Positions 29,601 to 37,737 of a DNA stretch of 48,066 nucleotides are shown here, piece by piece; position 1 is the stretch's first letter, and every line of letters starts with the position of its first letter. Location of the stretch: IMG/VR virus record IMGVR_UViG_3300031857_000325, positions 1 to 48,066 of that record. One strand, 5' to 3'. This DNA comes from a virus. Its lineage: Duplodnaviria; Caudoviricetes. The notes under the pieces were generated by a model. The model saw nothing but the letters and a program-made list of their open reading frames with translations. It had not been told where the DNA came from and ran no database searches. Made by a program: the position numbers and the translations under genes.

Positions 29601-32600
29601 AAGAGGTGGTAAAATAGGTGATACTTTCTCAATAATGACTGATATTCTTATAGAAAAACTTAAACAACATCCTGAGTTAGTTCAAGGAATAGATGAAAGA
29701 GGAGGATTAGCATATATTGAACAATCTACACACAATGTAATAGGTGATAAGTTTTGGGAATCTACAGGACAAAATAAATTTATTGAGGCATTAGCTCAAG
29801 CATATAAAAATATCAAATCTCCTAGTGTTTCTACAGATGCTAAAGCTGATATAGAAAGAAGTGTTCAAATAGGTAATTTGCAAATTACTCAAACTATTAA
29901 TTCTAAAGGTAACATAGAAAGAGAGATAAAGAATCTAGATAATGGAAAATCTTTATTGAACGTAATTACCCCTGAAGGTAAGAGTATGTTCTTCTCTCTT
30001 CCAAACTTGAATGAAGCAATAGATAGTCAGTCAGAAGCTGTCAAAGCTGTAGTGGGTAACATCAACATTAATGCAGAACTAGATGCTTTAGAAGGTGGTG
30101 CTAAACCTGTAGAACAAAAACCTACAACACCTACTAATAATCTTATTAATAGTGCTCCTCAAACTAATGGTATAGAAGGACTTGATGCAAACTTTAGAAT
30201 AGCATATAAAGAAGCTACTACTTACCCTACAGAAAACTTTAATAAATTAGAAGCTTGGTTAAAAGCTAACTTCCCAAATATTCCTATATATAGAGTGAAG
30301 AATATTATTCAAGCTACAAACGGAAGACAAGCATGGGGAATGCTACACAAAGGAGCAATTTATTTATATGAGAATGCAGAAATAGGAACAGCTTATCACG
30401 AAGTGTTTGAAGCTGTATGGGCTATGATGACAACTCCTGCTGAAAGAATAGCTATTGCAAAAGATTTTAGAAATAGACAAGGAAGTTATGTTGATCGTTT
30501 TACTGGAGAAATTATAAAATATAGTGAAGCTACAGATGATCAAATGAGAGAAGAACTTGCTGAAGAGTTTAGAGATTATGTGTTATATGATAAAAATCCT
30601 AAACAAGCTCCTGCTCCAAAAACTCCTTCTTTCTTAAGAAAAATATTTGATGAAATAATTAACTTTTTTAAATCATTCTTCACTGGAGAAAATTATGCAC
30701 AGAATACAAAAGAATTATTTGATAGAATTGGTAATGGGTATTACGCAAAATATATTCCTGCTGAGCAAAAACTTTCATTTGCTGAAGCAGGATACATTGA
30801 TATTAATTCTGTAATTCCTGATGCTTCTTCTAGATTTAGTCTTGTTAAAACTATTGAAAATATTAGTGCTACAGAGATACATCAGTTGATGCAACAAATG
30901 ACATCAAGCACTATTCTAAGTATGATTGGTAATAATGAAGATTTATTCAATATTACCAAAAAGAATAGAACAGAGATGTATAATGCTCTTAGAGAGGAAA
31001 TTCTTAATAGAAGAATTAAAGGAATGTATGATCAAGTGAGCATTGATGAAGTTAATGGTAAAATATCAAAAGAAGATGCTGATTTTTCTCGTAACAATTT
31101 TGGAACATTATACAATAATATAGCTAATCAATGGCCTTTAATTCAATCAAAACATCAAGAATACTTACTATCTTATGGAATTACATTTGATGAAAATGAT
31201 GAAATAGATTATAATGAATATGAAAAATCTAAAGATGAAGGATGGGGAGATGCTAGAAAAATAGATGCATTTAAAAAACTTAATTCTACAATCAAGTTGT
31301 TATTAGCAAGTGTTGCTGAAACACAGATTGTAGATGGAAAAATTAGAGCAAGAGTTAATAATATAGGAGGAGTGACACTACTTCCTTTAGGAGCTGTATA
31401 TGTTGATCTTATGAATCAATTATATGAATCTACAGATCAGTTAGACATGATTAGAAAGTTTAGAGAAATATCTAGACAAAATCCTAATTACAATGCTTTA
31501 TTTACAAGAATATTTAAAATTGATCCAGCTTCTGAACAACCTATTGATTATAACAAATTAAATAAGAGTGATTTAAGAATTGTTGAAGGATTTTGGAAAA
31601 CATTTAAAAAACAATCTCCTACAGTGAGTGCATTATTTATTCTTCCTAATGGAGAAGTGGTAGTTGGTGATTCTAATACATCAGGACTTGTTAGAGAATA
31701 TAGAAGACAATTCTTAAATAATTTTATAACAAAAGCTAGATCTAACGACACTCCATATATTGCTAAAAATGAAAAGAAAGGATTTATTCCTACAAACAAA
31801 TTATTAGCTTTACAAGAAACACAAGATCTTGGAGTGTTAGTTAAATTTTTAGATAATATAGGAATTGAGTTTTCTGAGAAGAAATTAATCAATAGAAAAG
31901 ATTTACAAAAAGATTTTAGAGAAGCTACAAATGGACTTATTAGAAGTTTAAAAGAAAGAATAACAGATGAAGGTATTGAAAGAATCAACACTGAAACTTT
32001 AAATGCTTCTGGTAGACTTTTAGAATTAGGTATGATTAAGGCTAAGTTAGAAAGTTCTGAAGCTGAAACTACTTATTTTAATATTAATGGAGAAAGATCT
32101 CAAACATATTTGGGTCCTAATCTATTAAGTTCTTTCTATGATTTAATTTCTAAAGTGGATAATATTTCTGAATTAGAAGGAACAAACTTTGGATACTTAT
32201 TAACTGATTCATTTTCTACAATAGGAAGTGTAATGCTTAATAAAATATTTGATGAGAATGGAAATAAAAGAAAAGGAGTTTCTATTGAAGTGTTAAAACC
32301 TTTTCTTGTTGATGGAACAATTAATGAAGAATCAGGAAAAAATACAGAGTCTTCTAAATTAAATAAAAGACAAAGATATATTCAAGAATTAAATATGAAC
32401 ATTAATGGTGTTTATATGAATTTGGTTCCTGGAGATGCTAATATGCAAACAGCTATTAAACTTCATGATAAAGGAAATGCATTTGTAACAGAAGATATGT
32501 TATTGAATAAAACCTATATGGAGATATTCAAAAATCAATTATTATCTGAAATTACAATGTCTAGAGAATTAGATAGACCTGTAGCTAAAAACAGAAATAA

Positions 32601-35600
32601 AGAAGATTTAAGATTTTACAAAGAAATCTTAGGAGAAACTTTACATAAAAAAATAGTTAGAGCTGCTCAAAATTCTGATATTTCTGCAGAAGAAATATAT
32701 AATAATAATGAATCTGAAATAAAACAAGCTATTGATAAATTTATTAATGATAAAGCAAATAAATCAATTGATAAATTAAAAACATTTGGTATCATGTCAC
32801 TTACAGAAGATGGAAAATATTCTGTAGAAGACATTGCTTTGTTTAATAATGAAGACACATATACATTAGAAAATATTAGAAATCAAATGAAAATTCAACA
32901 AATGAATTTTATGATTGCTAATACGGAACTTCACAAGCTTATATATTCAGATCCTTATCAATATTCTGACGAATTAAAACGTATTAAAAACTTCTCTTCT
33001 CCAAGACAAATTCTTTCTTATGGAAATAGTGGAATTAACTCTAGATATAATACATTATATAATAATGAAGGTGAAGATAAATTATTCAACACTAATTTTA
33101 ATAGAGATACAATAAATGGTGCTACAATATCTGATGTTCTTTCTGATAATGAAGAATTAGGATATGATCCATTTGAAGAAACAGATGGTGGAGGTATAAT
33201 TACTGATAAGGGAAATAGATATATAATGATTAAAAATGGAGAATGGACTCCAGAGAATGAAGAACAATACATATATGACATGGCATATATGAAGAGAGTG
33301 TTAGGTGTAAAACTTTCTCCTTCTGAATTAGAAAGATGGAAAAAAGGTAATCCTATGGAACAAAGCAATTACACTCCTAAAAAACCTATTGTTGCAGGTA
33401 ATAAAGACATGGGTAGAAGTTATAATGAAATGCTTTTAGATAAATTTGCATTATTCCCTATTTCATTTAGAATGATTCATGAACTTAATCCTGATGCAAA
33501 TATGTTGAAACTTTATCAAAAAATGATTGAAGATGAAGTGGATTATGTTGTATATCAAACTGGTAGAAAGGTGGGAGCTGAAAATGTTTATCAGTTGTAT
33601 AATAAAAATGGATCATTTAATGAAGCTCCATTGATTAGTGAAGAAGAAAAGAAAAATCCATTAGGAAAACAAACTGTTCTAAGTCTTCCTCTTTCTATAT
33701 TTGCAATTCAAACTGAGGTTCCTACAAAAGAAAACAACGAGGTTACTCAAGGTTCTCAGCCTACAAAACTTGCCACTATGGATTACATGGAGGCAGGAGT
33801 TCCTATTGATTTTATGTCAGAAGAAACTGATTTTGAAAAACGTTTTAATGAGTGGACAAAATTATTAGACAAGGGCTCTTATAACAATGGAGATAACTTA
33901 TATAATGAATTAAAGAATAACCAAGCTTTATTAGAAGCAAGAATTGAGAATGGTCTTGAAAAGTTATTTAAAAAACTTGGTATTAAGAAAACAGGAGCTG
34001 ATAGTTATACATTAGACAAACCAGAATTAACATTTGAACTTCTTAAACAAGAATTATTAAAACGTGAAGTTAATGACAATATTGTTGCTGCTTTAAATGG
34101 ATATGAAGATGGTAATTTTGTATTAGAAGCAATTCCTTCTTATCAACAAATAAGAAACATATTATATTCTGTAGCACATAAAGCTGTTGTATCTCCAAAG
34201 GTTAAAGGTGGACAAAAGGTGCAAGTGTCTTCTGCATTATTAGAATCTGTAAGAAGAGAAGCAAAAGAAGTGAATGGAAAACTTGTATATTCTTCAGACA
34301 TTCTTAAATTCTATACAAATGCTGACGGAAAACGCACTTGTCAAATAATGATTTCAAGATGGTTTAACAGTCCTCTTTCTGATGAAGAATTAATGAATTA
34401 TTTTAATAATACAGAAGAGGGTAAAAAACAACTATCTGCATTAGCTGGTGTAGCATTTCGTATTCCTACACAGAAACAAAACTCTATAGAGGCGTTTGAA
34501 ATTGCTAAATTTCTTCCACAAGGATTTGGTGATTCAGTAATTGTTCCTTCTGCTCTTGTTAAGAAAGTGGGATCTGACTTTGATATTGATAAACTTTTCA
34601 TCTATTTAAAAAGCCTTTATACAACAAAAGAAGGAAACTTAAAAGTGGTTCCTTATTTTGGAATAGGAGAAGAAGCTAAGTCTAAAATTGAAGAATTATA
34701 TGATAAAGGAGAATTAGATGAATATATTAAATCTGTAAAAAATGCTCTTCCTGAAGGAGAAGCTGAAGACAGATTATTTAAAAGTTTGTTTCCAGAAGAA
34801 TATGCTGCTTCTAAACAAGAAGTGGTTGAGAAGTTTTATAGAGAGTCTTTAGACAATGCTTACATATCTTCTTTTGAAAAACTTGTTAGTCATCCTTTAA
34901 ACTTTGTTAATTTAGTTAAACCTAACTCTGCAAAACAAATGCAAGATTTAACATCAGAGATTGAAGAATTAGTTGGTATACAAAAACCAAACTATATGGA
35001 TGTTTCTTTGATGTTAGATAGAGAGTTTATGTCTGAATTAAGAAATGACTTTGTTAGAGGTAAGTATAATATTGGTATTGCAGCAACATCACAAACTGGT
35101 AATGCTCAAGCTCAAAGAGAACTTTTAACAATAGATGCAAGTAAATTAAATCTAGCTTCAGAAAAAGATAGAAGATTTTTAAAAGATGCATCTATAAGAT
35201 TTACAAATTACAATTCTGTAAAAGGAATGCCAACACTATCTAAAATACAAGATGATAATTCTATTCCTGAAGATAGAAACTATATATCAGACGTTATTGG
35301 TCAGGTGATTGATGGATTTGTGGATGTTAATAAAGATCCATGGGTTATGCGTTTAGGTATTACAACTAATACAGCAGGAACATGGTTATTCTTAATTAGA
35401 CTTGGTGTACCATTAAGAGATGTAGCTTTCTTTATGAATCAACCTATTATTCGTGATTTCTTACAAACATTAGAGAACAATGGATATTCTTACTTGTTTA
35501 GTTCTAATGTAATTGAGGCTATTAAGGAAGATTATTCTACTAAAGTTGATAATGTTGAATTTTCTACAATTCCTTCAGAAACAGAATTAAAATCAATGAT

Positions 35601-37734
35601 GGATGAAGAAGAGTTAGGTCCTTTAGAGAATGCTAAACAGTTATTTATTTTAGATGAGTTTTTGAAATATGCTAAGATGGCTGAACATTTATTAGCATTT
35701 ACACAAGCTACAAACTTTGATACAGCTACGTTTAATGATCCTTTCTTAGTATTTAAGAAAAGAATGCAAATTGAAAGAGCAAGAAAAACTATTTTTTCTG
35801 ATGTAGATAATTTCTTAGATGCTTCGTTTATTGGTAAACTTAGAGAATCAATAGATTCTTTTAGAGATGGTATTGCTGAAATACTTCTTTCTGATAAAAA
35901 AGATAACCCAAACGGTGAATCTATTAGAAGTGTATTAGAAAGTGTATTAATGCCTTATGTAACTAAAAGTGATGCAGATTTTATTTCTATTAGTAAAAAA
36001 GCAGTATTGACATTATTTGATTGGGCTGTTCAAACAGACAGAAATATAAATACAGAAATTTCTAGAGTGTTGTTATATAAAGAAGGACAAGATTCTGTTG
36101 CTAGTAGAGTGATGAAACTTAAGAGAGAAGCAGAAAATCCTAAACATCCTTTACATAATAATTATGTTTTAAAAACTATACAAGCAGAAGTTACAGAAAA
36201 ACCAGGAGAACCTGATAATTTATATATTTCTGCAAAAGGAAATAAAGTGTATGATCAAAATCAAATCATATATGGATTAAGAGAGATTAAAAAATTATTA
36301 CCAGAAAATCAGAAAGACTTATATGGAGGAATTGTTAGACTTGCTGTTTTACAATCAGGTCTTTCTAACTCAAGAATATCATATACATCTCTTCTTCCTT
36401 TTGAAGACTTTGTAGAAGTGTATAACCAAACTCTTTCTAAAATAGATATAATGCCAAATCTTGCTGATTTTAGAGATATTAATAGTTTTGAAAGAAGTAA
36501 TTGGAATGATACAGATCTTGTTCCTTATCACAAAGAAAAAGTTATTAAAACTAAAAAAGGAAGATGGTTTAAACCAGAAACAACAATGGTTAGTAAAAAG
36601 TTATTTGCTGCTATGAACAATGGTGAGATTCCAAGAACTATTAATATTTCTACATATTCTCAAGAAGCACAAAGTGATGTAATTACATTTGTTTGGTCTA
36701 ATATGTCAATATCAAAAAATGAAAAGAAAGATATGATTAAAAGAGGAGACTATTCTTTTATGAATAAAGGACTGTTTAAAAAAGTGTATGGAATTAATCA
36801 AAAAGGAATGCCTGCTCCAGTAGTATATGAAACTTCTTCTAAGGATAAACAAACAGGTGAAGTTAGAATTTATAAAAATTATGTTTATAAAATGATTAAT
36901 GCTTGGGGTGATTCCATATATGCAAATGAGTTTTATGGAAAAGCTAATCCTTTAATACCATCATCAACATCTTCATACCCTTCTGTTATTAATAATGGAT
37001 ATGAAAAAGTGATAGAAAGAGCAACTACATCAACTGTTGCTGGTATGGAGTTTACAGGTAAATCTAGTGGAGAAGTGGAAGATTCTAAAATTGTTGATAT
37101 ATTAGGAACCTCAGCATATTTAGAAGGAGATGAAGATTTTATTTTTAATTCTCAAAAAGAATCTATATCTTTACCTGAACAAATGGTTACACCTATTCAA
37201 AAAGAATATACTCCTGAAAAACTAACTAAAGAAAATATGCCATCAAATGGAATATTTGTATTTGGATCTAATGATAGAGGTATCCATGGACTAGGTGCAG
37301 CTAAAACTGCGATGGATGAGTTTGGAGCTACTAGAGGTCAAGCAATTGGTAAACAAGGTAATGCTTACGCAATAAGAACTAAAATGCATCAAAACAATAA
37401 GCTTACTAGATATAATGAACTTACTGAAGAGAATAAAGTGTTAATGGATAAAATGACTATTGAAGACTTGAATAAATTAAGACTTGATGCATTAGCTAAT
37501 CCAAATAACAAATTCTATGTTACAGAAATAGGAACTAAGTTGGCAGGAAGAACAGTGGAAGAAATAAAAGATTTATTCAAAAGAATGAATGATAAATTTG
37601 GTATTCCTGATAATATTATTCTTCCTGAAGTATTTGAAGTAAGAGGAGAATCTCTACCTTTACAAACAGAAGAAAGTGAGATTAATGATATATTATCTCA
37701 AAAAGAAAATGAATCAAAACGTTGTAACCAATAA
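23650..37734 (+). CDS. Virion-packaged RNA polymerase polyprotein (crAss-like) with NADAR, zincin-like and macro-like accessory domains
   Basis: RIPTQ...GSDFDIDK (DFDID at 34576-34590), the catalytic motif form known from phi14:2 gp66; ETDGGG, KPIVAG and DKFALFP upstream; HEVFE at 30397-30411; 4694 aa. Confidence 0.85.
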   Translation: MENNSVNDKFFNNSPFNEKNQSTENFINRPSVAVGLPVLPKVPDVQFSNLSSNNGNQDPISLLQSIIDSPEIGPSRKGIPMSSFSDDPRYSKGTRPGDNWEEAYAQNQTLTEKAINGVTKGLNLAATTVAGGFANVLVGLPAWALTGDITKIWNNPVNQGLQEWNEKVDREILPNFYTQQEQDAEWWSTDNWVTGNFLFDKLIKNSGYAVGAMVGGNIANALLMRAGAGIGAAATNLASKITTTGEMSQAFKLSSGLLKNTARAFSRGKNIEAYEASVGKLSSIADLAKREQQLAQLTKTTSKYANFGDNGRRTLVALYSSAGEASMEAIMGGNQMKDNLIQKYIDENGIEPTGQALEDINNTVREFGKVSFFGNMALLGLTEYVQLPYLAGSSWKNTRNAIKNTTNDVIAKGGKLVEDLPTTRFGKLYKGAKNYGKYVFDPKEAGQEIGQFALEVGTSNYFEKANETTAAEDWMDAVLNIPGIAKYGFFGRDEKGEGVGALVSKEGIEGGILGGITGGLMQAPMKFAETKARKTNTQRLIEESNNAPLVRDVVIDRINTANRGTVLQQQQQVAALQNDILESKDLKTDLAFNYAMHKVKYGRTDLVLDELADMKQQVMTGKEGFPELQGEGIGNTNDTKEEFLARITELETFVKDLDSTYEQLNTIYGAETIKDASTGELRRRFSDAAIERLAYATTKMKDYDARIPQLKSKLASKGIVVDQALSDVVNNPESTSIDEKLLEVDAFDSTMYTDADKNELKQTMLDVTDLTLRKKLFIDEFNQIIKKPENFTQNVSTKSSIETTEESDVPKNVIKIKTKAGDRNIEIGTEYFLGKRTFYSKDGKEVYRTPKLTILGENEDGTIKIKDSKGEVRDISKDELEDYKLAKVSSTLKNKVAKYYLEHMNSVFEFYGKKVTNEKGERVPVRGRLEYEQTEKGEKDKLFFVYKDEKGKIVRKEIDGSMVKPKPGYKHAIIKHIGNLTPAQQQAETEFGKTTSENVQAKLQRRADTLIEMYEEVLDKKQNSEKLIAEKTNKLEKLREEIAKITEQIETNKNPQDKRVKEFKFKKEIKDAIARVNDLSRMEQALKLELEELYSVDDELRLNVEYLEDLIENIEELPDSTKEFIAQLNDELIDLNIMVEETGKQINAVSSLIKATRDAINSAIKYLTSLVKSFESKYPNVPRVIGQDWIDYIQNNPLFKMDPSLIEDWSATYKEQLFKIDNTLAFVEEETIKPNETRLEDLNEHLDILQGALKDYENQIKVRENVLEKLEGILAKYKEQKRQEQELARNEKLIQEWVGTMDNSIQPVAADNDEEKVYEGPSKKSDRDVVQGTIPVSSDKRPHNLRSNRFGNRFNSFPEKKQRAIKGRIVTLKTEELQGVKGLSELITAGEASPSDVIAMVMVIETQDGTYSLVDEFGNAFTEEQKQNPLEHAVFQVFPSDKLEQRYMKDGKFVMETMFRETTDKDLKESLSKQYREWRASIMAQETLSPPLGINASFGLPEYVTRLVEKVVNGKTMQVEEIDYNATTPVEKTGLVSKTDLGNNKLVTVSTSNGVSEGSVTFNTNPGRVFLTLPGGLIKLNNRKLNSKEATSVYEAILQLSKIAFEKGTIKDDVQAQQIVRWLKTVVYWGIAKNPQTGQRKQAGYNNIWFEDVVDAKGQKSSKLFISGMGGNLSFTPSEISNRRSELISMIGALYHNVNKTLTDDRSWDNPYTEILGIDKNGETVTREWPNYQTYLLSSEGRTEEEIPLTTIVRPKTSENDVVKKGVYFTYIDNADTFNFELTKPAEVVAKETQPVSKQEAPVEQKPAQAPVASKLVFDNKTPNVYTELKSGNVTITLDKDGVASFVVNNNGELDAETSKTITNVVNAKNISEQEAQSLVLTAIEAKTKPMAVALATPVDTALTAAPVQEAPEVVVPTAPVSTDVKPENISSKGSEFAKKLTNVGNTVGLTYKGKQYVNSEHAYQTWKSGEFNQAGYDLKGGKVRGGKIGDTFSIMTDILIEKLKQHPELVQGIDERGGLAYIEQSTHNVIGDKFWESTGQNKFIEALAQAYKNIKSPSVSTDAKADIERSVQIGNLQITQTINSKGNIEREIKNLDNGKSLLNVITPEGKSMFFSLPNLNEAIDSQSEAVKAVVGNININAELDALEGGAKPVEQKPTTPTNNLINSAPQTNGIEGLDANFRIAYKEATTYPTENFNKLEAWLKANFPNIPIYRVKNIIQATNGRQAWGMLHKGAIYLYENAEIGTAYHEVFEAVWAMMTTPAERIAIAKDFRNRQGSYVDRFTGEIIKYSEATDDQMREELAEEFRDYVLYDKNPKQAPAPKTPSFLRKIFDEIINFFKSFFTGENYAQNTKELFDRIGNGYYAKYIPAEQKLSFAEAGYIDINSVIPDASSRFSLVKTIENISATEIHQLMQQMTSSTILSMIGNNEDLFNITKKNRTEMYNALREEILNRRIKGMYDQVSIDEVNGKISKEDADFSRNNFGTLYNNIANQWPLIQSKHQEYLLSYGITFDENDEIDYNEYEKSKDEGWGDARKIDAFKKLNSTIKLLLASVAETQIVDGKIRARVNNIGGVTLLPLGAVYVDLMNQLYESTDQLDMIRKFREISRQNPNYNALFTRIFKIDPASEQPIDYNKLNKSDLRIVEGFWKTFKKQSPTVSALFILPNGEVVVGDSNTSGLVREYRRQFLNNFITKARSNDTPYIAKNEKKGFIPTNKLLALQETQDLGVLVKFLDNIGIEFSEKKLINRKDLQKDFREATNGLIRSLKERITDEGIERINTETLNASGRLLELGMIKAKLESSEAETTYFNINGERSQTYLGPNLLSSFYDLISKVDNISELEGTNFGYLLTDSFSTIGSVMLNKIFDENGNKRKGVSIEVLKPFLVDGTINEESGKNTESSKLNKRQRYIQELNMNINGVYMNLVPGDANMQTAIKLHDKGNAFVTEDMLLNKTYMEIFKNQLLSEITMSRELDRPVAKNRNKEDLRFYKEILGETLHKKIVRAAQNSDISAEEIYNNNESEIKQAIDKFINDKANKSIDKLKTFGIMSLTEDGKYSVEDIALFNNEDTYTLENIRNQMKIQQMNFMIANTELHKLIYSDPYQYSDELKRIKNFSSPRQILSYGNSGINSRYNTLYNNEGEDKLFNTNFNRDTINGATISDVLSDNEELGYDPFEETDGGGIITDKGNRYIMIKNGEWTPENEEQYIYDMAYMKRVLGVKLSPSELERWKKGNPMEQSNYTPKKPIVAGNKDMGRSYNEMLLDKFALFPISFRMIHELNPDANMLKLYQKMIEDEVDYVVYQTGRKVGAENVYQLYNKNGSFNEAPLISEEEKKNPLGKQTVLSLPLSIFAIQTEVPTKENNEVTQGSQPTKLATMDYMEAGVPIDFMSEETDFEKRFNEWTKLLDKGSYNNGDNLYNELKNNQALLEARIENGLEKLFKKLGIKKTGADSYTLDKPELTFELLKQELLKREVNDNIVAALNGYEDGNFVLEAIPSYQQIRNILYSVAHKAVVSPKVKGGQKVQVSSALLESVRREAKEVNGKLVYSSDILKFYTNADGKRTCQIMISRWFNSPLSDEELMNYFNNTEEGKKQLSALAGVAFRIPTQKQNSIEAFEIAKFLPQGFGDSVIVPSALVKKVGSDFDIDKLFIYLKSLYTTKEGNLKVVPYFGIGEEAKSKIEELYDKGELDEYIKSVKNALPEGEAEDRLFKSLFPEEYAASKQEVVEKFYRESLDNAYISSFEKLVSHPLNFVNLVKPNSAKQMQDLTSEIEELVGIQKPNYMDVSLMLDREFMSELRNDFVRGKYNIGIAATSQTGNAQAQRELLTIDASKLNLASEKDRRFLKDASIRFTNYNSVKGMPTLSKIQDDNSIPEDRNYISDVIGQVIDGFVDVNKDPWVMRLGITTNTAGTWLFLIRLGVPLRDVAFFMNQPIIRDFLQTLENNGYSYLFSSNVIEAIKEDYSTKVDNVEFSTIPSETELKSMMDEEELGPLENAKQLFILDEFLKYAKMAEHLLAFTQATNFDTATFNDPFLVFKKRMQIERARKTIFSDVDNFLDASFIGKLRESIDSFRDGIAEILLSDKKDNPNGESIRSVLESVLMPYVTKSDADFISISKKAVLTLFDWAVQTDRNINTEISRVLLYKEGQDSVASRVMKLKREAENPKHPLHNNYVLKTIQAEVTEKPGEPDNLYISAKGNKVYDQNQIIYGLREIKKLLPENQKDLYGGIVRLAVLQSGLSNSRISYTSLLPFEDFVEVYNQTLSKIDIMPNLADFRDINSFERSNWNDTDLVPYHKEKVIKTKKGRWFKPETTMVSKKLFAAMNNGEIPRTINISTYSQEAQSDVITFVWSNMSISKNEKKDMIKRGDYSFMNKGLFKKVYGINQKGMPAPVVYETSSKDKQTGEVRIYKNYVYKMINAWGDSIYANEFYGKANPLIPSSTSSYPSVINNGYEKVIERATTSTVAGMEFTGKSSGEVEDSKIVDILGTSAYLEGDEDFIFNSQKESISLPEQMVTPIQKEYTPEKLTKENMPSNGIFVFGSNDRGIHGLGAAKTAMDEFGATRGQAIGKQGNAYAIRTKMHQNNKLTRYNELTEENKVLMDKMTIEDLNKLRLDALANPNNKFYVTEIGTKLAGRTVEEIKDLFKRMNDKFGIPDNIILPEVFEVRGESLPLQTEESEINDILSQKENESKRCNQ

Positions 37735-37737
37735 ATT

